A DNA stretch of 64,000 nucleotides from a virus (IMGVR_UViG_3300037721_000031:160001-224000); one strand, 5' to 3'. Shown: positions 15,073-25,312, counted from the stretch's first letter. Program-made: numbers and translations. Notes: generated by a model from the sequence alone, not told the origin.

Positions 15073-15999
15073 TTAATTACTAAGTTGATTGATGAAGGTT
15101 CCACACGAAGCGTATACATCGCGACCAACGCGGGGTACAACCTTTGAACCAGAAAGCTTCATAGCAGAGCTTAGTTGCTCGAACCGCTCCTGTACTACCT
15201 CTTCAGCAGGCTCCCGCCCCTGAGCAGGACTGTAGGGGTTATAGCGTACTAAATTAAAGCGGGTGCTTAGACCTGACTTATTAACAAGATCGATAATCTT
15301 ATCAACATCTTCCTTACTATCATTCTGACCTTCAATGAAAGCCCAATGAAGAACTACTGCGTCATCAATGCCGTAGTTATCAAGACAGAAATCTTGATAA
15401 CTCTTAAGATGTTTCATAGCCTCTTTAGGAGCCATTGCTTTTGGCAGCCACCTCTTACGGAAATTTTCATCTGTACTGTATAGAGAGTAATAAATAGTAG
15501 GTAGCGATGGCTGTGTTGAAAACACCTTGAAGCCATTAAGAGGATTCTGAACATCAGGCATGATGGTAGAGATTTTGAACTTCGATTCATAAACTCCTAC
15601 ATTGTGCGCATGAAATCCGCACAATGCATCAATATATTTCCATGATGAAATCAAGTGAGGATTCAAAAGAGGTTCACCACGAGCCATCCAGTTGAAGTGT
15701 ACCTTTTTCAGCACTGGAATCTTATCGTTACCGAGTAGGCTCATGTAATGATCCGTGACATACTTCATCTGTATCTCATACTCATCCACTGTGGCTGGAG
15801 TCATATCGGTTTGTTTAGTTTGCGTCAGATGACAGAACCTACACGCTTGGTCGCAACCTCTATGAGAAGACAGATACACGATAAAGTAATCCGTACCAGG
15901 ACGGTGAACAAATCGAGCTTCAAGACCGTTAGGAAACACGAAATTAACACTAGCATCCAGGACGCTGTGTAAAATCTTAGGAGCAGTGACTAAATCCAT
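15073..15999 (-). CDS. RlmN/Cfr-like radical SAM enzyme
   Basis: SSHRGCDQACRFC (Cx3Cx2C), MARGEPLLN, NLVRYNP, GRDVYASCG. Confidence 0.85.
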   Translation of the reverse strand: MDLVTAPKILHSVLDASVNFVFPNGLEARFVHRPGTDYFIVYLSSHRGCDQACRFCHLTQTKQTDMTPATVDEYEIQMKYVTDHYMSLLGNDKIPVLKKVHFNWMARGEPLLNPHLISSWKYIDALCGFHAHNVGVYESKFKISTIMPDVQNPLNGFKVFSTQPSLPTIYYSLYSTDENFRKRWLPKAMAPKEAMKHLKSYQDFCLDNYGIDDAVVLHWAFIEGQNDSKEDVDKIIDLVNKSGLSTRFNLVRYNPYSPAQGREPAEEVVQERFEQLSSAMKLSGSKVVPRVGRDVYASCGTFINQLSN

Positions 16000-16056
16000 A
16001 ATAACGTAACCCTTGAATGCAGTGTGGATAATTAGAAATTGAAGACTTTATTCTTG

Positions 16057-16761
16057 TTATGAGTTAACTGAATTCTTCTTCTTATACTCAGGATCAGTGA
16101 AGTTTATTTTCTTTAGAACTCGATTCATTCGCTCAGTAATATCCTTCTTAGTAGGATTTACAGTTACAAATAACTCATTCGTAACTCTGCTGTATGTACT
16201 GTACGAATTCGAACTACTTGAATCAAGGCCCGCTGCAAAGTAGAATACGTCTACAAAGCTTAACTCTGACGTATTAATTCTATCTTTAAGGATATTGAAT
16301 ATAGCATTACCGCTACCAAACACGACACTACTATTACCATCTAAACAATGTTTAGTTTTTATTAAATATGTACGGGTTGTCGTTCCACCAATACCGCTTA
16401 CTGTAATACCATTATGTTTAACATCACCAGATACAATAACGCATTCTCCATCTTCTAACAGACAGACAATTTCGTAATCTGATTGATGATTACGATGAAC
16501 AGGCATTCCGTTTAATATTTTTGTAAGTGTTTCGAGTTCAAAGCCTGCAAGATCTGAATGACTCATTAATGATTTTACATAGCTACTCGAACTAACATCA
16601 CCACAAGCAGCCATAGCAACTATTCGTTTACCTTTGTGAACGACAGTGCAGTCTGTCTCTATTTTGCATTTATTATCAAAATAGGTCTTCTCATTATGCC
16701 GGAGACTAGTAACTCTACAATCAGTAATCATGAAATCACGCGTTACCAAAATAGTAGTCAT
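16057..16761 (-). CDS. Ntn-hydrolase / HslV-proteasome-beta-like peptidase
   Basis: N-terminal MTTI...TD.R.T and an internal GSG motif. Confidence 0.5.
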   Translation of the reverse strand: MTTILVTRDFMITDCRVTSLRHNEKTYFDNKCKIETDCTVVHKGKRIVAMAACGDVSSSSYVKSLMSHSDLAGFELETLTKILNGMPVHRNHQSDYEIVCLLEDGECVIVSGDVKHNGITVSGIGGTTTRTYLIKTKHCLDGNSSVVFGSGNAIFNILKDRINTSELSFVDVFYFAAGLDSSSSNSYSTYSRVTNELFVTVNPTKKDITERMNRVLKKINFTDPEYKKKNSVNS

Positions 16762-17243
16762 ACTCGCACTTTACTAGTAGAGATATCGTTAACAACCCAC
16801 TTACAGTTATTCTTCTCGTAGTTACCGTCAGTCTGTATTCTCTTCAGAATAGATTTACCTGGAGGCTTAGGACCCATGTCAGTTAGAAAATTCTGAAATG
16901 AGCTTAACCAACGATCACAAACCTCAATACCCTTTGCACCATAACACTTGTAGTTCGTAGAATTCTTATTGGTACAACGTTGAATTATTATAGACCACGC
17001 CATGTACGTCTTTGTATATGACATATCGTGGATGGTGTTAACTTTAATAGCTTGTTCTTTTCTATAACATCCACAACTAGTTGTACTTCCTCTAATAAGG
17101 TTACTGCCCGCTACAGTAACTTTGTTTCCACATTTACAGAGACAGTCCCAATGAATTGATCTACTCTTAGTTTTTACAGTGTTTTTATTTTGAACTGTTA
17201 GCTTTCCGAATATCTTATTTGTTAATTCTAAAGCTTTAGTCAT
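16758..17243 (-). CDS. Putative homing endonuclease (Cys-rich N-terminus, HNH-like)
   Basis: FGKLTV...W.C.C.CG...SCGC; YGAKGIEVCDRW; shorter paralogue of 37709 and 60151. Confidence 0.7.
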   Translation of the reverse strand: MTKALELTNKIFGKLTVQNKNTVKTKSRSIHWDCLCKCGNKVTVAGSNLIRGSTTSCGCYRKEQAIKVNTIHDMSYTKTYMAWSIIIQRCTNKNSTNYKCYGAKGIEVCDRWLSSFQNFLTDMGPKPPGKSILKRIQTDGNYEKNNCKWVVNDISTSKVRV

Positions 17244-17269
17244 TTCATACTCTTAAGTTTAAATGTTTG

Positions 17270-17926
17270 TCACTTATAAGCTATTAATAAATTTTTATAA
17301 GTGTAGAACAGATGTTTGTTGATTCTTTTAACCATTGCAAATACTCTAGACCAACGTGGCCTGACGTATACTGCATGATAAAATAAACTATTAGAGACAG
17401 GGTTATTAGACTTACCTGTCAATATTTCTAAAGCTAATTCCGTAGCTTTCAAATACGAATCTTGATCTGTAACAACATCTGGTAGGCCATCGCAGTACCA
17501 TGTGAATTGACATTTATACCTAACGGGTTTTCCCTTTACATGTTTTCCCTGCTTTACAACACCGCAGATAGTTTTTGGAAAACGATCATCGGCCACTCTA
17601 TTCAATACAACATACCCTACGGCTAGCATGCCCTCATCACCCTCTCCACGGGCTTCAAAATACATCACCTCTGTCATGCAAGCCAATTCTTTATAATCCA
17701 ACTGCAGGCTATTAATGAAAGATGATTGATTAAATAATGAAAGGATCCTACGCTTCTCATCAGAATCAGGTATATCAACTGTGGATTCAATAGCATTGTC
17801 ATTTTGGATAATGTCTGCTACGGGTGACACTACATTCAAAACTGTTCCACTATCTTCAACGTGCTTCGTTGTAGTGCATGCTGTGAATAATAGTTGCATT
17901 AATAGTAACCAGAAATATTTCTTCAT
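17270..17926 (-). CDS. SleB-family cell wall hydrolase, lipoprotein-like signal
   Basis: YFEARGE...AVGYVVLNRV.D.RFPKTICGVV.Q....CQFTW; LFTAC lipobox-like. Confidence 0.9.
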   Translation of the reverse strand: MKKYFWLLLMQLLFTACTTTKHVEDSGTVLNVVSPVADIIQNDNAIESTVDIPDSDEKRRILSLFNQSSFINSLQLDYKELACMTEVMYFEARGEGDEGMLAVGYVVLNRVADDRFPKTICGVVKQGKHVKGKPVRYKCQFTWYCDGLPDVVTDQDSYLKATELALEILTGKSNNPVSNSLFYHAVYVRPRWSRVFAMVKRINKHLFYTYKNLLIAYK

Positions 17927-18057
17927 TATATTCTTTCATTATGTTTTAAATTAACATCGTAAAACTTCATTACACACTGTATAAAGAAGCAACAAGTTTC
18001 TCTAACGTCTTGTCGTATTTGTAATATATGATTGAAAGAATATTGGCTTCAATTACG

Positions 18058-18095
18058 GCATAAAAGCTCAGGGATAGTACCCTGAGCTTTTATGC
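18058..18095. terminator. GCATAAAA-flanked hairpin terminator
   Basis: 16-bp perfect inverted repeat. Confidence 0.7.
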
Positions 18096-18100
18096 TACCG

Positions 18101-18367
18101 TCACAAATACGTTGTACAGCTTTGAACAGCATCCGGATCTACCTCAGTAATACTGGGCATACGGAACTGGATTACATTATCCTTACCATCATTACGGTAG
18201 GTGAGCTCTTCCCACCCCGATGAAGTACGAATTTTCTCTAGAGCTAATTTATCCTCTTCAGTTAATGATTTTCCAGACCGAATATCGAACTTTGGGCAAT
18301 TTCCTTGCCTAAGCTTAATTGCTTTTTCCGATAGCCGATCATAAGAACGTGAAAGATTCGAGCTCAT
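18101..18367 (-). CDS. Hypothetical protein
   Basis: Codirectional ORF. Confidence 0.6.
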   Translation of the reverse strand: MSSNLSRSYDRLSEKAIKLRQGNCPKFDIRSGKSLTEEDKLALEKIRTSSGWEELTYRNDGKDNVIQFRMPSITEVDPDAVQSCTTYL

Positions 18368-18572
18368 TACTTAATACCTTTAGAAAACTGTGTTACGACA
18401 GACTCACAGTCAGATGTCGTGGGTTATTTTGTATTTGAGGTAGATGGAGTCACTAACGCTATCCCTGAGTTAGTCTACCTCATAAGTAATACTGCCTATT
18501 TTATTAAGCAGAAATTTGTGTTACTGTATCATCGTAAACAGTGAACATTTTCTACTATATTTGTAACAATTA

Positions 18573-18923
18573 CTAATTTGATTGCACAGAGTTGCAGTTA
18601 CTGACCGCCATATCAAAAACGGTACTAAGCTTAGGAGCCACCATACCACCAATAGCGTTGTACAACTTCTCGCCATTGACGATCAATTGTAAAGTAGGTA
18701 CGGCAGCAACACCCATACTCATAACGAACTGACGATGAGTTTCACAGTCAATTGTGACTACTTTGACCAGAGGATTATCCTCAGTCATCTTCTCAATAAT
18801 TGGAGTTAACTGCTTACAAGGTCCGCACCAAGGGGTCTTAAAGTAAACAACAACTGGTTTATCAGACTTTAGTACTTCTTGCTGGTAGTTACTTGGGGTA
18901 ATTTCTTGCAGAATTGTAGACAT
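18573..18923 (-). CDS. trxA: Thioredoxin
   Basis: WCGPC active site, VPT motif. Confidence 0.95.
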   Translation of the reverse strand: MSTILQEITPSNYQQEVLKSDKPVVVYFKTPWCGPCKQLTPIIEKMTEDNPLVKVVTIDCETHRQFVMSMGVAAVPTLQLIVNGEKLYNAIGGMVAPKLSTVFDMAVSNCNSVQSN

Positions 18924-18929
18924 ATTAGT

Positions 18930-19244
18930 TCAACTAGATAATGGAATTAAGGGCATGAAGGATAAGTCTAGAAAGCACTCACCAAATCCAATCGATAACG
19001 TATAGGCTATTCGACCATGTGGTTTCTTTCCAGGCTCACCAATCACTTTAAAACTAAAGGTAGTCGCCATCTCATTCACTACTGTATCAGGAGTGCTTGG
19101 GCTCTCTACCCAGGGAATGCAGACTATATCGAAGTCACGAGCTAGTGATCCGTGAACCGATAGTGCGTAACCGTGCTTTCTAGCTATCTCAGTTAATTCA
19201 GGGTATAAAGCACAATACACCGGTGAGTAGTTAGGAGATTTCAT
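18930..19244 (-). CDS. Minimal nucleotidyltransferase-like protein
   Basis: HGSLARDFD (GS..RD.D) motif. Confidence 0.55.
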   Translation of the reverse strand: MKSPNYSPVYCALYPELTEIARKHGYALSVHGSLARDFDIVCIPWVESPSTPDTVVNEMATTFSFKVIGEPGKKPHGRIAYTLSIGFGECFLDLSFMPLIPLSS

Positions 19245-20965
19245 AGTACAACTTCAGCTTTCTCCAAGTACCTGACCATTAGCTGTAATGATCTACGGTC
19301 TTTCCAAGAATTGACATTTAACTCATAAGCTACACGGATTAGTCCGTGCGGTTCAGGGCCTTTTAATCCATTGAAGTATATCGCTTCATAACTAGAGTTA
19401 CTTTTAGGATCGATTAGCTTCATCTTTAGATGCTTTCCGCCCAGTACAACATAGTCTTCACAGTAGAAAACATTATCGAAAACAGGTTCTGGAAACGCTT
19501 GACCCCATGGTCCACAGGCTGCTAGGTGATCCGCAAAATCAATATTAATCAGGTCAGACGATAATTCACCATCACTATATATCACAGCACTTAGTAGATC
19601 ATCATTTAGAAGTTCTTTTGCCACATTATCAAAAGCAATTCTGAATCTTTCTAAATCAGCCTCTTTGATACTAAGACCAGCAGCCATAGCGTGACCACCA
19701 AACTTTTGTATTAACCCTGGATTACGTGTGTCTACTAGCACAAGTGCATCACGCATGTGGAATCCAGCAATTGACCGGCAAGATCCACGTAGAATTACTT
19801 CTGGTGATTCATCAGGTGCAAATGCTATTACCGGTCTATGCAAGTTCTCTTTTAGACGTGCAGCTACTAGACCTACGATACCGTGATGCCATGACTTATC
19901 GTAAACAACAATACCGACTTCACCAGTTTCCTTTATGTTCAAAACATGCTTTTCAGCCTGCTCAATCATATCAGTTTGCTTCTCGCGCCTATCCTGATTA
20001 ATTTCATCTAGACATTTAGCAAGTTCTAAAGCTTTAGCTGGATCAGTTTCTAATAGTGTTAAGACACCTACGCGCATGTCTTGCATTCTACCAGCAGCAT
20101 TAATGCGTGGAGCGAGACTGAATGAGATGTCCTTAGAAATGATCTTACTGTAGTCTTTCTTAGCTATCTGTGCTAACGCCAGGATACCTGGACTACAATT
20201 ACCAGAGCGTATCCGACGAAGACCTGTTTCTACTAGAATACGATTATTCTGATCTAGAGGTACAAGATCAGCAATTGTACCAAATGCTACCAGATCAGTT
20301 AGTTCCATCAATGATGGTTCTTTCTTATCTTTCCAGTGACCGATTAGTCTCAGCTTTGTCCTAATAGCCATCAAGACGTAGAACATAACACCTACACCGG
20401 CTAGCATCTTACTAGGAAACTGATCACCCTTTAAGTTAGGGTTAACGATCGCGTCAGCTGGTGGTAATGGACCTTCTGGTGGTAAATGATGATCCGTAAT
20501 AACTACCACAATACCTTTGGACTTAGCATGTATAACACCTTCTACACTAGCTACTCCGGAATCTACAGTAACTATTACATCTGGCTTGAATTCGGACATA
20601 GCGTCTACCAGAGGTACGCTGAGACCATAACCGTGCAGGAAGCGATTAGGGATGATGAACTCTGTACACGTAGCACCTAGTATACGGAGTCCTTTAATCG
20701 CCACTGCAGTGCCTGTAGCCCCATCACAGTCGTAGTCTCCAGCCACCATTATTCTCTTATTCTTTAGAATAGCGTTGATCAGTATTTCTACTGCTGTATC
20801 TATACCACCTAGACGACTAGGAGATATTAAATCAACTAGTCGCTGACTTAAACCTTCTGGAGAAACTACACCACGAGCAGCATAGATACGCTGCATAACG
20901 TCAGGAGTATCTGTTGACCAATTAATTGGTTTTCCAAATAACTTTCTTCTTTTGATAGTTGTCAC
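19241..20965 (-). CDS. recJ: RecJ ssDNA exonuclease
   Basis: GDYDCDG, TVDSG, TDHH, GTIADLVPL, APRINAAGR, GGHAMAAG. Confidence 0.97.
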   Translation of the reverse strand: MTTIKRRKLFGKPINWSTDTPDVMQRIYAARGVVSPEGLSQRLVDLISPSRLGGIDTAVEILINAILKNKRIMVAGDYDCDGATGTAVAIKGLRILGATCTEFIIPNRFLHGYGLSVPLVDAMSEFKPDVIVTVDSGVASVEGVIHAKSKGIVVVITDHHLPPEGPLPPADAIVNPNLKGDQFPSKMLAGVGVMFYVLMAIRTKLRLIGHWKDKKEPSLMELTDLVAFGTIADLVPLDQNNRILVETGLRRIRSGNCSPGILALAQIAKKDYSKIISKDISFSLAPRINAAGRMQDMRVGVLTLLETDPAKALELAKCLDEINQDRREKQTDMIEQAEKHVLNIKETGEVGIVVYDKSWHHGIVGLVAARLKENLHRPVIAFAPDESPEVILRGSCRSIAGFHMRDALVLVDTRNPGLIQKFGGHAMAAGLSIKEADLERFRIAFDNVAKELLNDDLLSAVIYSDGELSSDLINIDFADHLAACGPWGQAFPEPVFDNVFYCEDYVVLGGKHLKMKLIDPKSNSSYEAIYFNGLKGPEPHGLIRVAYELNVNSWKDRRSLQLMVRYLEKAEVVL

Positions 20966-20981
20966 TTGGAATTCCTATAAT

Positions 20982-21449
20982 TTAAGGTTTATACTGACCG
21001 ATAGACAACGGCTTGCCTGATAGCGTGATAGGCTGAATGAACGTGGCCTTCTTACGTGGATCAAACACAGGAGCTGGATCATTTGCACGGGTTGTCAATG
21101 CTGAGATACCACCAGGGTCACGAGACAGCGACACAGGTTGAATTGTAACTGTCTTAACTGCCTTGCTGACAGGTGTAGTACTCTTAGCAGCTTTAGAACT
21201 ACTAACCGCAGTCTTCTTAGGAGCTGACTTCTTAGCAACTTGCTTTACAGCCACAACGTTCTTTGTCTTCTTTTCGGAGACCTTCGATACAGTTGTCAGA
21301 TTTGTATTGACTTCAGCTAGTGCTTTCTTAGCCAAGTCTTTGGCCTTTTTCAGACCGGCAACATTCTTATCAGTCTTCACAGACGTATCCACGATAAAGT
21401 TTACTTTACCGAGAGGTACTTTGTTGACACTAGTGGTATTTTTCTTCAT
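20982..21449 (-). CDS. Lys/Ala/Val-rich low-complexity basic protein
   Basis: KK-rich middle segment. Confidence 0.6.
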   Translation of the reverse strand: MKKNTTSVNKVPLGKVNFIVDTSVKTDKNVAGLKKAKDLAKKALAEVNTNLTTVSKVSEKKTKNVVAVKQVAKKSAPKKTAVSSSKAAKSTTPVSKAVKTVTIQPVSLSRDPGGISALTTRANDPAPVFDPRKKATFIQPITLSGKPLSIGQYKP

Positions 21450-21464
21450 GATTGTTTCCTATTA

Positions 21465-21710
21465 TTAATCCGGTGTGTCCGAATAAGGAGTTGATGGTAG
21501 ATACTTCTTAATCTCTGTATTAAACTCATCAATTAGTTGGTCAATTGGATTATTGTATCCAATTAGTCCTCTAGTAATTCTGAGTTCGTGTACAGTATGT
21601 GGTGACCCTGTAAGTGCAGTTAAAACTTCATTCAAAGCCTTTGCACTTACGCTGACTTTTAAATCAGTTTCGTTTGAAGACGTTACTGATTTATTTTCAT
21701 TATTATCCAT
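21465..21710 (-). CDS. Hypothetical phage protein
   Basis: Codirectional ORF. Confidence 0.65.
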   Translation of the reverse strand: MDNNENKSVTSSNETDLKVSVSAKALNEVLTALTGSPHTVHELRITRGLIGYNNPIDQLIDEFNTEIKKYLPSTPYSDTPD

Positions 21711-21878
21711 GAATATTTTTTCCTGTGGAGAATTAGTTAAGTCGTATTATTGAAACTCTAAATAAAAAAATAAGTAAGACACCTCTGTATATTACTAGTT
21801 ATAACTAGTAATATACAGATAGTGACTATGTCCCTTTATTTATTGTTTTGCAGCATAAAAGAAAAGTAAATATGGCAG

Positions 21879-22235
21879 TCAGGCAGATACCCTGATAGTA
21901 GTACCGTTGAACCTCAATGTAATACTATTAGCTTCAATAAACGGTACTTCAGTCACATCACGCGTAAGCTTTACATGCATACTGTCAAAGCTCCTCATTG
22001 GGAAGTTCATACCGTCAAAAACTTTAAGATCAACCGAGTGAATCTTAGTTACGGATCCATTCGTTTCAACAGTACATACTGCCATATCCACTGCATCGCT
22101 TTTGTCAATGGTTATTCCGTATTTTCCATCTGACTCAGGCAGCATTGAATTATTTTCAAAGTACGTGATAATGGAAGCTGCGTACCTACGAACAGCTGCG
22201 CCATCCACTACATTAGTCTGCTTAACTACAGTCAT
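21879..22235 (-). CDS. Hypothetical protein
   Basis: Codirectional ORF. Confidence 0.7.
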   Translation of the reverse strand: MTVVKQTNVVDGAAVRRYAASIITYFENNSMLPESDGKYGITIDKSDAVDMAVCTVETNGSVTKIHSVDLKVFDGMNFPMRSFDSMHVKLTRDVTEVPFIEANSITLRFNGTTIRVSA

Positions 22236-22382
22236 TTTACTTACCTAATTAATTTAATAACTGAAGATAGTTCATCGAAATTAAATACAATAAACTTCGA
22301 TGAACTATGCCGTATACTACACGCTATGTCTTAGAACTTTAGATACTCATTCTTTATTAAACACTACCCGAACACTCTAGTG

Positions 22383-22703
22383 TTAGAGTGTCTTCATGAG
22401 AATGCGTCCTTGCTTATGAGTCTGGTAAATAACAGGGTTACCAGACTCTTGAGCCCATTGTAAACGTATGGTACTAAGAAAACTCTCATCGTTTAAATGG
22501 TGTTTTGATAACACATCCTGAACAGTCTCAGCATTTATCCACATTCCGTCACCTCTAAGGAACTGGGGCGACCAGCTACTTTTGATCGTGACGATGTTAT
22601 GTTTAGGGACCACTATGTTCATCAAGCTCTCAGCTTTAACAACTGCAGGCGCGGCAACTATCAAGCTAAGTCCACGTAAGAAGTTCCTACGACTATTAAC
22701 CAT
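22383..22703 (-). CDS. Protein with twin-arginine (Tat) signal peptide
   Basis: SRRNFL consensus, hydrophobic stretch, VKA cleavage-like site. Confidence 0.7.
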   Translation of the reverse strand: MVNSRRNFLRGLSLIVAAPAVVKAESLMNIVVPKHNIVTIKSSWSPQFLRGDGMWINAETVQDVLSKHHLNDESFLSTIRLQWAQESGNPVIYQTHKQGRILMKTL

Positions 22704-22847
22704 TTTAGCCTTCTTTCTTTAATGGAGTTCGCTGACTCATAGACTTGTCCTTAAAATACTCAGTATAGAGCTTCAAGTTTAGACCAAGAATAATGAGATT
22801 AGCAATTAAAATTACTGAGTTAAAGATGGCGAAAGATATCTCCACTA

Positions 22848-23051
22848 TTAAACCTTTGAGATTATGATTATCTCTTTAGCTTTACGACGCAGTTGTATCT
22901 GGCTGTCCAAGAAATCTTTTAACGAAGTCTTAATTGAAACTGCCTTGGCCTTTTCCCACATACGTTCATGAAATGCACGACGTTGTTCTTCTGTAGATTG
23001 TCCAAGAGGATGATTCTCTAAAGGAGTTGACATTACTTTTAGTTGCTGCAT
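22848..23051 (-). CDS. Hypothetical protein
   Basis: Short codirectional ORF. Confidence 0.55.
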   Translation of the reverse strand: MQQLKVMSTPLENHPLGQSTEEQRRAFHERMWEKAKAVSIKTSLKDFLDSQIQLRRKAKEIIIISKV

Positions 23052-23054
23052 TAT

Positions 23055-23654
23055 TTACACCTTTGGAAGAACAATTTCAGCTGCTTGTCCTTGATACTTA
23101 CCACTACGATCGCGATAAGTCACACTCGGCCTAGCTCCTCGAAAGAACTGAATTTGCAGACCGCCTTCATTAGCATAAATTTTTGCAGGCGAAGGAGTTG
23201 TATTTGCAAACTCAAGAGTGAGGTATCCTTCCCACCCAGGCTCTAGAGGAGTAACTAAGCAGTTAATACCGACTCTAGCAATTGTAGACTTACCAACGCA
23301 GATCCCGACTACATCTTCCGGCATACTGAAACGATCCAATGTTCGTGTCAGAATAAATGAGTTCGGAGGGATGATGCAGTAATCGCCTTCTTTTTCTACG
23401 TAATTCTTAGGATTGAAGTCCTTTGGATCGACAATTGTAGAGTGTACGTTAGTGAAGACTTTAAACTCAGGGGCGACTCGTGCATCATAACCAAACGATG
23501 ATAGTCCGTAACTAATGATGCGCTCATTCTTATCATTAGCTTTTACAGAATGATCAACGAAGGGTGAAATCATTGGATTAGGACCCTGACAGAGCTCAGC
23601 AATCTGCCAGTCTGCTAAGATACCATAGTGATTTTCTGTAGATGACATGATCAA
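23055..23654 (-). CDS. dcd: dCTP deaminase
   Basis: [39 protein letters not shown]. Confidence 0.97.
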   Translation of the reverse strand: MIMSSTENHYGILADWQIAELCQGPNPMISPFVDHSVKANDKNERIISYGLSSFGYDARVAPEFKVFTNVHSTIVDPKDFNPKNYVEKEGDYCIIPPNSFILTRTLDRFSMPEDVVGICVGKSTIARVGINCLVTPLEPGWEGYLTLEFANTTPSPAKIYANEGGLQIQFFRGARPSVTYRDRSGKYQGQAAEIVLPKV

Positions 23655-24163
23655 TGTACCAACCTAAGATGAGGACGCGGCTTCTCCACAGTAGCTTCAG
23701 ATGTCTTATCTTCTCTCAGCTCGGTAGCTTCGCCTGCAACCTTACTGCTCACAGCCAGTGTTTCTTGACCATAGTACAGTGAGAAGTTAGATGCCGCAAT
23801 GTTACGAATATCGTCAGGTGATGAAATCGCTACAATTGATTCAAACGGAAGAAACACGTCAGTAGAGTTTCCGTTAAAACGCATTTTGGCACCAAATCCC
23901 TTATCATTCTGATAAAAAGAACTAGTTGCCATTAAACCAAAGTTTAGCGTCAGTATCTCTACATAAATCATCTCATGATGGCTGTCGCCGTTAGCGTCTT
24001 TAGTCATCACTGGACATGGAGCGGTTCGCATAGCGACACCAGCAGGGGCGACTACGCCAGGGCACTTACCTGCAGCATGCAGGTGAACCTTCTCGAAGTT
24101 TTCACACATCCATGAAAACAGTGCCGGAAGCATGTGGCGGCGCGGATCAGTCATGTCGATCAT
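23651..24163 (-). CDS. sspB: SspB-like ClpXP adaptor
   Basis: R.HML.ALFSW, LTLNF, MRFNG....V.LP..SIVAI, C-terminal RPHLRLVH resembling the ClpX-binding LRVVK tail. Confidence 0.8.
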   Translation of the reverse strand: MIDMTDPRRHMLPALFSWMCENFEKVHLHAAGKCPGVVAPAGVAMRTAPCPVMTKDANGDSHHEMIYVEILTLNFGLMATSSFYQNDKGFGAKMRFNGNSTDVFLPFESIVAISSPDDIRNIAASNFSLYYGQETLAVSSKVAGEATELREDKTSEATVEKPRPHLRLVH

Positions 24164-24194
24164 ATTCGTTATCCTTTTTTGATTAATATTCAGT

Positions 24195-24434
24195 TTATAC
24201 TGAACCAGGGTTTACAATGTTCCAACAAGCATCAGGAAGCTGACTTTTCTCAACGGTGAAATGTAAAGCTGAATCTTGTTTTATACGGCGCAGTACTTCG
24301 GCTTCAACGTCGCGCATAACTTTCAGCGCGTCAGTCTGCGTAAGCCAGATTTGAGTTTTTGGCTTATCGTTATTAAGCGATATTGTAGGAAGTAATGCGA
24401 ACATCTCCGCATCAGTTAATGTTTTACTAGTCAT
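24195..24434 (-). CDS. Hypothetical protein
   Basis: Start set at MTSKT. Confidence 0.55.
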   Translation of the reverse strand: MTSKTLTDAEMFALLPTISLNNDKPKTQIWLTQTDALKVMRDVEAEVLRRIKQDSALHFTVEKSQLPDACWNIVNPGSV

Positions 24435-24480
24435 TTTATATCCTATCAGAAAACACAAACTAAATGTTATCAATGTAATT

Positions 24481-24897
24481 TCATCGTTCTAGAAACATTT
24501 TCCATTTCGATGGGAATGAGCAGTTAATAGCTTCTGCGAAGAACGGTGCAATTTGTGAAGCAGAATGACCAGCATACCCGCAAGCAACACCAGTTACCCA
24601 CCACTTTAATTCTAAGTGTTTCTTTGTGAAATCAGAAAAGAGCATGACTGATTTTCTTATGTTAGTCAAAGGTAGTGTTATTATATCTTTCGTAGACCTA
24701 ATATACAGTCTTGTAGGGATAGCGTATGCTTCACCAGTCATGCCTTCAGAAACACCTATCTTTGCACCGAACGATACTCTGGCTTTTAAAGCAGCACCAG
24801 CACCATGAATGCCACCAGTATTACTTCCGAATACAAAGATCTCACCTTGTTCTGGTAAAGTACCATCAGTGTGGTACGCGCGCTTTATCGTTTCCAT
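24481..24897 (-). CDS. A1S_2505-family macro-domain-like protein
   Basis: IFVFGSN..G.HGAGAA..A...FGA..G...G..G.AYAIPT signature. Confidence 0.75.
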   Translation of the reverse strand: METIKRAYHTDGTLPEQGEIFVFGSNTGGIHGAGAALKARVSFGAKIGVSEGMTGEAYAIPTRLYIRSTKDIITLPLTNIRKSVMLFSDFTKKHLELKWWVTGVACGYAGHSASQIAPFFAEAINCSFPSKWKMFLER

Positions 24898-25214
24898 TGT
24901 TTATAATGCTGTTCTATGAGTACAGGTATACAAATGAAGATCTGAAAAATGTAGAACGCTATAATAACTATTGATAATACTGGTACTAGTCCAGCAAACA
25001 AGATAGTAAACGCGTCTGACATTTTTGGCTTCGTATACAACTTCATTTCGAAAGGACCATAGATGAATAATAGGTAACCTACACCTATAATCACAGGTAC
25101 CTTCGTTCCAGTCGGTATCATCCACACATACACTAAAGTATACAATGTATGAATGGTGAGTAATGTGCTTGGAAGTAACCATGCGTAGACTACTACGTTT
25201 TGAAAGTTTTCCAT
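24885..25214 (-). CDS. Hypothetical membrane protein
   Basis: Three hydrophobic segments. Confidence 0.65.
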   Translation of the reverse strand: MENFQNVVVYAWLLPSTLLTIHTLYTLVYVWMIPTGTKVPVIIGVGYLLFIYGPFEMKLYTKPKMSDAFTILFAGLVPVLSIVIIAFYIFQIFICIPVLIEQHYKQWKR

Positions 25215-25312
25215 AAAGTTCCAATAATACTGTTTCTCAACAAATAAACCGATCCATTATTACATTTATGTAATATAGGCTTAAAAGAATCTAGATTCTT
25301 ACTACTACAGGT

